This document shows positions 27,093 to 40,950 of a stretch of 64,000 nucleotides of DNA, in pieces. This DNA comes from Ruditapes philippinarum (Eukaryota). A model generated the notes under the pieces. That model searched no databases. It saw only the letters and a list, made by a program, of their open reading frames with translations, and was not told where the DNA came from. A program made the translations under genes and the position numbers. The stretch's first letter is position 1; each line of letters begins with the position of its first letter. The stretch spans positions 1 to 64,000 of the forward strand of contig NW_026862559.1 in the NCBI RefSeq assembly GCF_026571515.1. The letters are read 5' to 3'.

Positions 27093-30000
27093 CTAGTCCG
27101 CTGAAACTAGTGCACCACTGAACATTGATGTCTGATTGTGATCCACGTATTCCCAACCGCCGCACGAGATATCTATGACGTCACCAGTGACGCAATGTAC
27201 GTAAGTTGACGCAGACGCCGACTTCCAGTCTGTGTTTGCTGTAGTCAATGCATAAACGAGAACGTCCCTATTCTTCCTTATGAAACACTGTGTAGTGGAA
27301 TGGGTTGTAACAAAAGTTACAAAGAACTGGTAGATGCCTGGAACTGGGACATTGAATGTTCCAGTAGATATGTCATAGGCGTTTCCCTCATTAATAACAA
27401 TCTTTGAGAACACGGGATGGTGGTCACTGTACAGATGCCCTGTTGGCGTGTTCACCGAGAAATAAACCCGCATTGTCGCGGATGTAACTGGAAATAATAA
27501 TATCTCTATATTTAGCTATGTTCTTCTATTTTATCAGACACTTTTGTCCCTTTGGTAGATCTGTTGCCACTACGTTTTCTGGAGGTAATTCAAGCTCTAG
27601 GTGTCATTTTAGATGTAATGGTACATAGATAGATCTAGTTTCATTATTTTTTCAACAATGTGCATACTTATTGTAAGGAATGGTTGGGTCGAACGAACAA
27701 TTCCGAAATAATGAGAATTATGAAAAAATGAAGCAAACTTGAAAATTAAAAGCCGAAATTCCTACCTGGTGCCGAATTGGCATATTCAATGTGATACAGA
27801 CTGTCGTCTGCTGTCAGTCAATAATTACCTGGACATACTGCAGAATTACAAGAGGCATATTCCATATTGTTTCCTGCGCACTGTCTACCTAGCAACGATG
27901 GTTTTGGGTTACTGCACGTGCGCTGTCTTGACTTTAGACCGCCATTACACGTAACCGTGCATGTACCCCAAGTAGACCACGAAGACCAACCGCCATCTGC
28001 AAAAACACGTGTACATACTTCTGTATTTTTTGAAGAAACAATATTATCATAAATAAAAATAATCTGTTTTATCACATACCCGTGCCGATTTTGCGACTCC
28101 GTAAAAATGGTATTGCACGGCCGGGCATATACTTTGACGTGACGTCATTTGAGTTATAATAACATAGCGTCCAGACGCGCTAAATGTTAGCGTTATACTA
28201 TAGCCGAGTCAATAAAAAATGTTTCTTAATCACTTTAAATGGTCTTTATTTTTGGTATGTGATAAATAGAATGTTAAATTCGTGTAAATTCATTACTAAA
28301 TTTAACCTAAGTCAAGCTACTTCAATTAATCTTACTGTAAAACTAATACAGGACAGTTAAGGTGATAGTGGATTTTGTCAATCCTAGAACAGGTATATCT
28401 TAGAACTTTTATTTATTGTGAATAAGTAGAACCTAATGCATAAATTCACAAAGAATGCCATTCCTGATATTCTGACTAAACCAATGTTTGTCTGTTGCAA
28501 CAAAAATTGAAAGATCTGGTCAAAGGAAATAAATGCGCGTTAAAAATCAACAAAAATCTACGTTGGCTGTCAAGAAATGCCGTTAGTACACTGAATTAAA
28601 AATCTTCAAATCAATCCATTTTACCTTTCAAATGTTAGTTCACACTTATTCTAAAATGATTCCTAAATATAAGGAAGTAAAAGTCGATTGAAAAATACAT
28701 TACTGTAACAGTAAATAACGGAATTACAACAGATTATACCCTAATCTCTGGTTTACTGTCCAAATTTGCCTGCATTAGATATAGCCTGGCTCAATGACAC
28801 GTTGTTTATTAGGTAAATTAAAAAGATAGAAATAAAAAGAACACGATATTCAAACATGGCGCTATCACTTAAGATAAAAGTTTATATAGCTCGGTGACAT
28901 GTTGAACACCAGAAAAACTATTTTTATCAGTTTTATTATCTGAAAAAAAAAATAAAAAAAAATAGCAAGACTAAAATTTCCCTATAATTGCTGAATATCC
29001 AAACGCGGCGTCCAACAAAAACGTATTACCAGTTAATGGGAGTTAAGTAGTACTAATACTGAATACGGAGGCAAGTAGGAGTTACGCGCCCTGGGTGTAT
29101 CAGAAATATTCCCGATGAGTGTGGTATTTCATATATACATGTACAATGTATATTATACTATGTATGTAGACTAATGCATTAAAATCCTCTAAGAAATGTT
29201 ATAATTATACCTTAACTAAATCATTGAAATGTAACATGTCTATATGACAAAATGGCAGTCTACAAAAATAAACCTTCATGTATTAATTAAGCAAGACTGG
29301 TGTAATCGCATTACAAATCTTGCACGTTTTTCACGTCAATTCTCATTGGGCAACCGTGACTTTTAAAAATTTGTATGCGCACGGCTGCTGTAACTCAACT
29401 GTAAAGACTCTTTTTTTGTTTCAAAGAAATTAAATGATTGTGTAGTTTTAAAAATGGTTTTATAAATACATTTTACATGTTATTTTGCCGTGTGTTAACG
29501 GTTGTTTTCTAAATAACTAATGACTAACGACTTGGGTAATATAAGTTTACAATGGTTTGTACTGTTATATAACCTGTGAAGATTCTTTAAAATTATTTGA
29601 CTTACTACAGCCAAATCTGACTATTTCTTTCCCTGTCAAATGTTTAAAACCTATAATTACCCATGCATGGCATGCCGAAACAAATTTTGTCTTCAACGGA
29701 GTCACCGAAACAATGATCACCTCCATGGCTAGGATACGGATTCGAGCAAGTACGATCCCGACGCTGAAGACCAACGCCACACGTCTTGCTGCATGCAGTC
29801 CAAGGCGTCCAACCACTCCAGCCTCCTGCCACTTTATAAACAAAAATATTTACGTACTATATCTTTTTAAGTAACTTTTTATTCATGCAATAGCAAACAA
29901 TTTTAATTGTAATTTATTTTAATCACGTGACAAGATATTTTCAAATGTGACGTCTCTATTACAAATGAGCGCAGCGGAGTGAATTAAAAGTTCGTTTACT

Positions 30001-33000
30001 TGCACACCTGGGTTCCTTGAACCATACATAACCGGACATGGATATGAACTCCTGGCCCGATTCCATCCCAATGCAATCAAGTCCTCCCATAAGCATGATA
30101 TTGCTTATTTTTTTCTCTTTTAGCTTCTTTTCATGAAGCTGCTACAGTAAGCAGTGCTCATTTATATTTTTTTTTATATTTTAAGCCACTCGAACACGTG
30201 ACAGACCCAGTCTCACACCATAGACCATCACCTTCTTAAAATAAGTAAGGCATATGTAATATTGATTTTTAGGTTTGTAAATGATGAATCTAATAAACGA
30301 TCAAAATTTTAAGGTTTGTATAATAAATGAAAACTTTTTAAAAAAAATCCTACCCGGACATGGTTTCATGGAACAATTCCTATACTCGATTCCGCTTCCA
30401 ATACAATCAAGTCCTCCATGAGCTGGTGCCGGGTCATCACACGCTCGCACTCTTACCTGTTGACTTTTGCCACAAGTCCTTTCACACATAGACCAATCAC
30501 CCCAAGCTCCCCAAACGCCATCCACTGCAATGAGTAAAAGGGTTATTCTATATACATTTTCTTACATTACGATATTTCCATAGCAACGGAGGCAATATTT
30601 CGCGCATGCTGGTATTACGTAGGGCAAAAAGTGATATTTGACCAACCAATGGAAAATATCAACATCATGATCGAATCCTTAAAAACCGCTAACTAAATGT
30701 TTTGAAGAAAAAAAAACACAGCAAACATGCGAGCAGTAAATAGGCTTTCTGTTTAAAGTATCATTAACAGAAACAATTATATCTATATATTTTTCTGGAA
30801 CAAAAATAAATACTGTACAAATAAATGTTTTGGACCTTTATAAAAAGATATTTAACAACGATGACGAACTGCTTCCAAGTGCGGTCTCTTGATATGCTTT
30901 TAGTTTTCTTTTATATGAATGATGAGTAGAAATGGCAATAAGAATTAAGTATGAAAATGTGAATATTTTCTGGCTCATTATAAAATCATCACCTTTATGT
31001 CTTAAAAATTATACTATTAGCAATATATTATTCTTAAGTGAAATAACTGAGACATGTCTATGAACGTCTACATATCTACATATATTTCTGTGAAGGACAC
31101 TGGTTTCTTTACTTAATATTGCGCATGCGCGAATAAACAATGCTTCCCATTGATTTTGCAAAGCAATGAGCGCATTATTAAAATAATTTAAGACTTATTT
31201 CTTTTATTTGTGGAAGCATACTGTAACACATTTGGATCGACATTTTCATTGCACTTACTTAAATAGCGTGTATCTAATTCAGAAAGAAGACTTTGTGGAC
31301 GATAATAGAATAACAATATCCACTCCAATTCAAAATCACCGATTGTTTTGTTAAACATCTCTCCTACGATTTTATTAAATAAAAAACAATCTTTTAAATA
31401 GTCTTATGTTGGAATTGAGAAGGGGGGGGGGGCACTTTACGTACCGAGATCGCAAAGTCCACAAAATTTTCGGCAGACGATTTTCGCGTGGTGAACATAT
31501 CCGCATATGTTGAATGTACTGCTGATCAACGGACAATTGTAGTCAGGACTGTCTACGCATGAACCGGAAGTTGTGATAGCTGTAAAATATATAGTAATAG
31601 CTGAACCATATAGAGTTATAGCTTCCAAACATATAGTATTTTAATTTCAAATATAGAGTTATAGCTGTCAAATATATAGTTACTGCACTTTAAATATATA
31701 AAATTAAAATTCTATAGTGGAAAATGAAATAAAAATATTAAATTCATCGCTTGTTTGTTTGTTGTTGTTGTTTTTTCTATTTATTTTTGTTTGGGGGTAT
31801 GGTTTATATTTTCATTTAACATTATAAAATTCAATATATTTCACTCGCCGTTCCGACTCGTAAACTAAAGGGAATTTTAAAATGTTTCCTTAAAAGATAT
31901 TCCATGTTTCACTCGACGGAAAAATATTCTGTTAGTAGCTGTAAAAAAGTCGAGTTATAGTTGTAAGTTATAAAGTTACTGCTGTATAATATACACATGC
32001 AGTTATGCATATTGCTGTAAAATATAGAATAACAGTTGTAAAATAAAGTTATAGGTCTAACATATCAAATATATAGTTTTAGCTGAACAATATATAGTTA
32101 CTGATGTAAATATATAGTTACTGTGTAAATATATAGTTACTGATGTAAATATATAGTTACTGTGTAAATATGTAGTTACTGTGTAAATATTATTAATACT
32201 GGTAGTTGTAGCTTTAGAATATGGAGTTATAGCTGTAAAATTATAACATCTGTAAAATATATACAAATTCATGCTTGTTGCTTTAAATGAGTAAGTTACA
32301 GCGGTAAAATATATAGTTTCAGCTGTAAATAATAGAGTAACAGCTCTAAAATATATGGTTACAGCTGTAAAATTAAGAGAAACTGGTTACTGTTGTAAAA
32401 TATATATGCTGGTAGTTACAGCTGTAAAATACATACAAATATGCAGTAATGCTTATTGCTTTAAATAATATAGTTACAGCTGTAAAATACATACAAATAT
32501 GCAGTTATGCTTATTGCTTTAAATAATATAGTTACAGCTGTAAAATACATACAAATATGCAGTAATGCTTATTGCTTTAAATAATATAGTTACAGCGGTA
32601 AAATACATACAAATATGCAGTAATGCTTATTGCTTTAAATAATATAGTTACAGCTGTAAAATACATACAAATATGCAGTTATGCTTATTGCTTTAAATAA
32701 TATAGTTACAGCGGTAAAATACATACAAATATGCAGTAATGCTTATTGCTTTAGATAATATAGTTACAGCTGTAAAATACATACAAATATGCAGTAATGC
32801 TTATTGCTTTAGATAATATAGTTACAGCTGTAAAATACATACAAATATGCAGTAATGCTTATTGCTTTAGATAATATAGTTACAGCTGTAAAATACATAC
32901 AAATATGCAGTAATGCTTATTGCTTTAAATAATATAGTTACAGCTGTAAAATACATACAAATATGCAGTTATGCTTATTTCTTTAGATAATATAGTTACA

Positions 33001-35263
33001 GCTGTAAAATACATACAAATATGCAGTTATGCTTATTGCTTTAAATAATATAGTTACAGCTGTAAAATACATACAAATATGCAGTAATGCTTATTGCTTT
33101 AAATAATATAGTTACAGCTGTAAAATACATACAAATATGCAGTAATGCTTATTGCTTTAAATAATATAGTTACAGCGGTAAAATACATACAAATATGCAG
33201 TAATGCTTATTGCTTTAAATAATATAGTTACAACGGTAAAATACATACAAATATGCAGTAATGCTTATTGCTTTAAATAATATAGTTACAACGGTAAAAT
33301 ACATACAAATATGCAGTAATGCTTATTGCTTTAAATAATATAGTTACAGCGGTAAAATACATACAAATATGCAGTTATGCTTATTGCTTTAAATAATATA
33401 GTTACAGCTGTAAAATACATACTAATATGCAGTTATGCTTATTGCTTTAAATAATATAGTTACAGCGGTAAAATACATACAAATATGCAGTAATGCTTAT
33501 TGCTTTAAATAATATAGTTACAGCGGTAAAATACATACAAATATGCAGTAATGCTTATTGCTTTAAATAATATAGTTACAGCGGTAAAATACATACAAAT
33601 ATGCAGTAATGCTTATTGCTTTAAAAAATATAGTTACAGGGGTAAAATATACATTTGCAGCACTGTTACAACTGTTAAATATAAAGATATCGATGTAATA
33701 ATTATATTATCAATTAGATTTTAAGCATATGTAAAACTATTGATGACTTTGCCGTTAACTCTGATGAATATCCGACTTAAATTCGGTTTCAACACTCATA
33801 GAACTTATTAGTATATAGATATCGTATTGTTTACTTTTATATCTACAAATGTAGATATTTTAGGTAAAATTTTACTTGATATATTTGAAAAAAAAGCTTG
33901 TCAACAACTGCCAGCACTAAATGACTATTTTTTACATGTTAGTTTCTTAGCGTATGTTAGTTCGAGGTCCAATTCGAAAGGGCCGAAAAGGTGCGATTGT
34001 TCCGTCAGTCTGCTGATAAGGACTATGGTAATGAATAAGGGACAAGGTGTTCCGATTGTTTTGAAATCTGATGTCATTTAATACAATCTCAGTTACCAAC
34101 ATGCATTTTTGCAATCGGAGCATCTCGGGTATTTTTCATAAGACAGACGGAAAAGGGCCTTTTTGGTTACATTTTTTTTTGTACAACATGTAGAAGGGAC
34201 TCTGGTTAAAAGGGGATGTGGATAATAAAGCAGACGAAAAAATTGCTTCAAATCGTACCGTTTTTAATGAATTAAATTATTTGTTAATGTGAAGAGGAAT
34301 GAAAAAGTGATTGAACGTAACAATTCAGAAAAAGATGTCCGCATGTATATGAAAATAAAATGTTAGTTAAAATTGTATTTCAAACTAATTTGGTATAAAA
34401 TAATCGTAAGGAAAGATATAATATTTACTTCCTCCAGAGTGACTGCATACGTCTCTATTGCAGTAATCGATAGAACAGCACTGATTACATCCCGTTGGAT
34501 TTGCAATGAAAACTCTTCTCTTAAGATCTCGCCCAACGAGACTTCCTCCTGAAGATGTATGCCCATAGCATTGCTATATATGGAATTGCAGAAAATATAT
34601 ACCTTTTGAAACACATAACTTATTAAATGCTATGATTGTGGCGGGGCGAAAAGGTGAAATTAAAAAATAATCAAATTGTTACAAAGATATGTATGGATGG
34701 ATGGATGGATGTATGGATGGATGGATGGATGGCTGGATAGATGGAAATTCTAAAGAGATATTTGGTTATTCCTTTGATCTTCTTTTGATCTTTTTATCCT
34801 TACAGTCAACCTATTTAAACCCACATTACCTTTAATGACTTACATTTGGTATGTAATAAATCTCATAATGTTAAATTTGAAAACAAAGACTTTTTCCACA
34901 ACGTCTCCCTGTGGACAGACAGACAGACAGATGGACGGACGGATGGATTAAAATCTCAACAAATATTATTTTTTCACTTCTGATACTTCTTTGCAAATCT
35001 TATTTTACATTACAATTTCGCCCCCATTACTTATGTTCATTCAAGTAACATTTATATGTATCTGATTTATGTTCTATGTAGATGTATGTGTTTAAAACAT
35101 ACCGCTGAGGGACGACATCCTAGACTGTATACAACACTGCTTCCAAAGTCGTCTGCTTTTGTATAACAATGCTAAAAAAATATAAATAGCAAATAAAAGT
35201 TACTTCCATTTACCACCGTTTTAGTGTTCATCTCCCTCAGTTTTTTTTTTTTTTTTCTGTTCT

Positions 35264-35298
<35 letters not shown>

Positions 35299-37520
35299 TG
35301 TGTGTGCATCATTTCCGTCAAATGGTGGTTTCAACTATGCTAGTGAAAAACATAACCACCAGATACGCAAATAATCGAACGAATTTTAAAAGTAAATTAT
35401 AAAAAAGATGTTACTAGAAATAAGTACATTCGAGTAAAGTATTTATGAATTATCTCGTTAAAATTCAAAGTTTATTATAAAATCTTAACGATTTCAGGAA
35501 ACGATTGCGTGAACAAACCAGTTATAATATCAAAATGTTGTACGACTCTGTGTTTTGCCGCCAAATCTGCAAACGAATTTGATTGGTATAATGACCTGAA
35601 CTTGCGAGCTGATGTATATACCTAGATCTACTGTTCTCTATATTGAACCGATACGTTAAGTACAATAAAAAAGACAATTTTCTATAAACCAAAAATATAC
35701 GGACAAATATTTTAAGATTTCAGAACTTACTGTATTCCTAGAAATGTTCGCGGATACAGTATTTCGCTTTTATCACAACGTCGGCATTTTCGCGGATACA
35801 AACTTTAATAGTAAACAAAAATCGTAAGTTCAGTATTATGATGTATGAGGAAATAAAAAAGGAAGACAAATTTTCTTGAAATTCAGAAAATCAATTGAAT
35901 TTCGGAAGTTGTTGTATTTTAGATGATCTGGGTTTATGTTTCTTACATTAAATTGTATTCATTTAAACGCAGAATGACTCTTTAAATTAAAATAAATACT
36001 TCATATTGTGAACACGTTGTAGTCACGTGACAGTTCGCCGTATGATTCACGCCATTGCACGATAAACATTCCAATGCACGCACTACCTCTGAAAAGATAC
36101 ATCATTGTATAAAAAATATGGAAAATTATCGGCATAATGGAAAATAGAGTGCCAACATGTCACAAAATACGCCCATCACAAATGTTAACGACACTTATGA
36201 GTGTGAACATTTCAATAATTACTAAGAAAAACAATACGTGTATGCAGAAGATAACACCGCTCCGGAAAAATCCGAACACTGGCTGATAGTCGCCTGTCCG
36301 AAGGGTCGGTCCCATTTTCACTTTTTTAAAGGGCGTCAAGAAAGGCGTAGTATCACTTTCATCAATATGATGTAACCGAGACGTCATGAAAATCCACACA
36401 CGTAGTGTGGTCTACAGAAAGTTCCTGATTTTTACATAATTACCTAAAAGTGGCAGCCATTTAGAGGTTCAATATTTTATATAATATACATATAATAGAC
36501 AAAATATGAAAGAAATCGTTATAAACAGCCAATTATATAATTATGAGATAATTTTTTTATCTTATCTTAAGCATATGATGATATATTGGGCCGGAATGAC
36601 ATCCAATTGGCTTTCGGGTGGGTAATAAGCACAAGAAAAGCATCTATATATTTTATTGTTCAGAACCCTAAACTAGTAGGCTTACAAAATAAGAAATATT
36701 TAACTCGATTCCAAACAGTGTGACACGACTGATATCTGACTGATATATTTTAGTATCTCATAAAATAGAATATAATTTAATATTCATACCTGGTCCAACG
36801 GTGATAAAGAGAATAATGCAAATCTCAATATCTGTAAATCGAATAGAAAAACAAACAAAAGTGTAACAAGGTCAATAAATTATCATTTTACGGACAAAAG
36901 TTCTTAAAACACGATTACACCATCTTATAAATCATTGAATTCCGGATACCCTCATCTATACGAGTATCTCTTGAATATTCACCAAGCAAAATAACTGATC
37001 TGTGCTGAGTGTCTAAAATGTTACATGGTCTGTCCAACCTGACTTTATAAATAATATTCATATATTTCATTCAATTCTTCATTTGCATACAACATGAACA
37101 CCCAAGTCAACCTGAGTAATCCTGCATGTAATTTAGTGCTTTCAGCGCTTTGATCTTTCAGCATAGTGCTTACGTTAGAGTCACTACAACTTTTGATACT
37201 ATCGCGGCTCACTAAATTTCGTTTCAAGTAAAAATCAAAATCTTGAAGCATGATAACACCATGTGATAATTAGCTTAGAATTCCGCGTACCCTGTATCAT
37301 ATTTCCAGATTATTCATCAACTAATAGAAATTATCCATGAAAAAGTATTAAAATCGAGTGAAATACGTTTTAAATACGATGTCTAACTTTAGTGGGCCAC
37401 CTTAAGGTTTATAACTGAGGAAATCAGCAAGCTTACGAGAAAATAGAAAATACATATATTTATTTCAAATTGAAATGAAAACGCAATTTAAGGCAACTGC
37501 ATGGTGAACTTACATGTCAT
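27093..37520 (-). CDS. Secreted modular protein, 463 aa: signal peptide - Ly6/uPAR (three-finger)-like - ShKT-like - 3x TSP1 - C-terminal gC1q
   Basis: Ten phase-compatible GT-AG exons: 37520-37514, 36831-36790, 36088-36000, 35171-35103, 34573-34429, 31579-31445, 30524-30354, 29831-29661, 27996-27829, 27487-27093. Translation: MTYIEICIILFITVGPEVVRA|LECLSC...QCCSIDYCN; CVDSPDYNC...CRKFCGLC; three WxxWxxWxxCxxTC TSP1 repeats; gC1q (N.G.AYD..TG.F.VP.PG.Y.F...FSG.LV). AATAAA at ~27066-27071. The first (7-nt) exon is the least certain. Confidence 0.85.
28067..28267. mobile_element. Small inverted-repeat-bounded element in an intron
   Basis: tttatcacatacc ... ggtatgtgataaa inverted termini (~13 bp). 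Confidence 0.5.
30028..30232 (-). pseudogene. Degenerate duplicate of the TSP1 exon (pseudo-exon)
   Basis: The segments accggacatgg, cgattcc..ccaatgcaatcaagtcctcc and tcacaccatagaccatcacc match exon 30354-30524, with indels. Confidence 0.6.
31580..32420 (-). repeat. Degenerate ~21-bp repeats resembling the acceptor of the ShKT exon
   Basis: Plus-strand atatagttacagctgtaaaat variants start immediately at the exon boundary (minus strand ATATTTTACAG|CT). Interrupted by unrelated sequence at ~31700-31930. Confidence 0.65.
32421..33650 (-). repeat. Homogeneous 58-bp minisatellite (~21 copies)
   Basis: Unit gttacagctgtaaaatacatacaaatatgcagtaatgcttattgctttaaataatata. Confidence 0.95.
34693..34745. 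repeat. (GGAT)n microsatellite
   Basis: Direct reading. Confidence 0.9.
35243..35306. repeat. poly-T / (GT)n microsatellite
   Basis: Direct reading. Confidence 0.9.
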
Positions 37521-40351
37521 GATAAAACTGACAATCCGATCTGTCTCCCTTTTGAAATTAACCAACGGTTTAGAAACACTGTATCTTTAAGGCATATAAA
37601 AATCGAAAAGGTCCCAGAGGTCAAGGTGGTCATATTAAAATTAATGATAAGGAAATGATAATGGTACTATATAATTACATTGTACATGTATGATTTGATG
37701 TGTATACGTGTACTTTAGCATGGTCGAGATCAGTTTAATCTAAGACCTGTATCACAGACGTTCTATGAGCGACTATTTCATGTAGTAAACAATAATGTTT
37801 TTTTGTAATTTGAAGCCAACGACGAAGTTAATTGATTTTTTCATATTATTTTATCAATGTCATAAAAATCGTATTTTAACTATCGCTCCACTACCTTTCG
37901 TTTGGAGCGAAGAGTAACGGAGCGAAAACGATGATCTGATTTTAAGGAGATTGTTTATGCACCGTAGCCGGTGTTAAACTTGCATTGCGTTGATAACTTG
38001 TTACTTCCCCTGGTCATTGGCTCGTGTATATGTAGCTATTTTCCTACTTTGTTCTAACAATATCGTAAAAAGGGTCAAACATTTATGTATGTGTGTGCGC
38101 GTGCGTGCGTGGGTGCGTGCGTGCATGTTTGTATGTATTCTAGGCATAATGAGGGTTCATCCGCCCTTTCAGGCACTGAGAGTACTTTTAAATTCTGTAA
38201 TTTACTGAATGACACTAAATATTTATGCAAGTCGATTTGTGTGATTATACCATTTAGATGCACGGGAGGCCAATGAGACCATTATATGCATCATGGAGAA
38301 AAATAAATGTTGAGCTTGACTGACCAATAAGATTATGCAACTCGCAATGATACCTGATTATGAAACTCGCAATGATACCTGACACACATTTTCCCTATGC
38401 ACGACTGACATGCACGAGCATTCTTTACAGGCGAATTGGGAATGAAATTTTAGCCAAACATCGGTTTTTTTCAATTTTGTATAATACTAATAATGAAAAT
38501 TTTCCCATACTGTTGAAATTTTAAATACATAAAAATTACATATGTAAGATACAACAAGTGATACAGACCATCTCAAATTCGTTTTATTTTCCTTCTATTG
38601 AGGGTAGCTTTTGACTCCATTCTATATCATTTTTGCAGATGCTCATATGAGTGTAATTGTTGAGTTGGTGGCCCCGTCAATATTCTAAGGAATACGTCTC
38701 AAATGGGGTTGCGATGTGAAATGACTGTATTTTTTATTTAATAGCAAACACTATATTCCTTCCTTTATTACAATTATGCCCATTCATAATCATATAATAT
38801 AATTATAAGGTCTGATATGACATATTTTGTTCGTTCTTAACATAGTGTCAATAAAATGCTGCAGTAGAAAAATAAAATGAGAGAATATGCTATGAATATT
38901 TTATGTGAAATTATCCTACCTAAATGTTTCTATTTAAGCTCAATGAAGTTAGAATAAATATTTCGATACATCTGCTTCAATAACATCATACCTGATCACG
39001 ATTTTAATTTAAAACCGAGGTCTCACCGACTGGTGTATGCGAAACTTATTTTGAAGTTAATGATATTGCGTTTTATCACGAAACATATCTTATGTACAAA
39101 TATACATAAAATCATATATCATATTACATAGTTACGCAAGGGCAATTTTCTCATTCAATTTTAACAATTTATGCACAAATGCATTATATATAAATGATTT
39201 CGCACATAAAACCCTAAAACATTTGTAAATGTCACTGTGTTATTGATATAATTTTACTATTCATATGTTCCGCTACTTAAATTTCAACTTTCTCTGAATT
39301 TGTAAACTAAAATGATATTTTGTCAGTAACATCTTCCTTGAATTCAACGAGAAATATAACAAGATCTTTGCCAAATGTTTACTTCATAATTAATGCATGA
39401 ATTAAGCTATTTGTTACTTTTTTTAATACCATTATACATTGAACTATTCAAGAAAAGCAGTAAAATTTTATATACCAAATTATATAAGGGAAATTCATTA
39501 GTAACTTTAGTGGCATAATAGTTTCATGTAAACGTCGGTACCGTTTTTTGTCTAAGGTTCTGAATGACCGCATTGGGCGGAGCAATCTCTTCTCTGGCGT
39601 AATATCAATTGTATAAATAATGTACTATACATATGCTAATTAAAATAATGTTCTCATTACTAAATGTTGTTCTTTATTTGCTGTTTTATTATGTGTGCTA
39701 TAAGAACAGAGCGGGATATTTCTATGGATTTGTAACCTGTAATGGTTTATTATGAATTATACAAAGTACCAACCACCTATTTCACTACGAAGTACTTTGA
39801 TAACAATAACAACAAATCTAGCTACTATAGTATAACTTATTATATACAGGCATGCACTTGTATCAAAGTGAATTATAGAAGTAACTATGAAGCCTGTATA
39901 AACAAACAAATCAGTCTCTTTTATCTCTGGTTGAGATGAGGACGCATGTTTTCTTATTTTTATCATGAGTATGGGCTGTTCTTCAGCCTGATGGACATTA
40001 TATGTCCTCGTAATTCATACTTGTTCTTATATTTTTAGTATTCTTGTTTGGTTTGATGTAAGTATTCAGTGCGCCACGCAACGCATCCCTTGTAGGGTGC
40101 CTACCGACAAAGTATTTAATATACATGTAGTTTATTTTCATTGTATTGATAGTATTATTTTAGTTCTCAGTCGGTGAATCGTTATACCACTAGTGAGGTG
40201 ACTACTTTCTTTACATAGTTTATTTATCATTCATTATATTTATTATTTTTGTCTTGACTGTTGTTAAATACTACCAGCCAAAGTTCCCTTGGACCTCTCG
40301 ACAAGGAGATTTAACTATTGTATTTTTGTAAATTTTGATGTTTTACATTAT

Positions 40352-40950
40352 ACAATTATTGACTAGTGAGCCATTGAATATGATGTGATATTCACCGGTA
40401 GATGACATATTGACCGAGGCGATAGCCGAGGTCAATATGACTTTCTGCCAGTGAATATCACATCATATTCAATGGCTCACTAGTCAATAATTGTTTTATT
40501 ATATGTATAGGCTAAGAATTAAAAAAGAAATCACGAAAAAGTACAACTTTATATACATGTACAAATTTTGCCTCGTTGAAGCGCGGGAAAAAAGACGCAC
40601 GTGCGAGGCGTGCAACGACTACGCGAACGCTGCGCATACAAAAGTAATTCAAGTTTATACTCATCGATGCGGTTTAGCCTTTAAGTATAACAGTAAAGTA
40701 ATGATATTTCAATCGAGAAATATGCTATAAAGAACAAAACGCAACAATTATTTTTTAATTAACACAAGTAATTAACAGTCTACGGTGTATGGTCATTGAA
40801 TATGAGTCTCAATCTATTTTTAGACTTGGAAAATCCAATTCAGCCAGTTAATATGATACTACACCCAGTGAATATGATTTTATAAAAAGTTCTGTTGACT
40901 ACAGTTTGGACCAATGAGATTGCAGCTATTTTTAGATCAAATAATAAATT
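40352..40950. mobile_element. Non-autonomous element with a 143-bp near-perfect palindrome (40352-40494)
   Basis: acaattattgactagtgagccattgaatatgatgtgatattcac ... gtgaatatcacatcatattcaatggctcactagtcaataattgt around a central ccgaggcgatagccgagg. The right boundary is approximate. Confidence 0.6.

Noticed and set aside
29557-29874. Plus-strand 105-aa ORF, and similarly 27867-28052
   Set aside because: These are antisense shadows of TSP1 exons.
32421-33650. 58-bp units as an array of alternative micro-exons (AG...GTATGT)
   Set aside because: The implied 43-nt exon is not phase-symmetric and the spacer between units would be only 15 nt.
36920-36955. Alternative start exons (ATGAGG|GT, ATG|GT) for the C1q-domain gene
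   Set aside because: Their phases do not fit the phase-1 signal-peptide exon. ATGACAT|GTAAGT at 37520-37514 fits and has a consensus donor.
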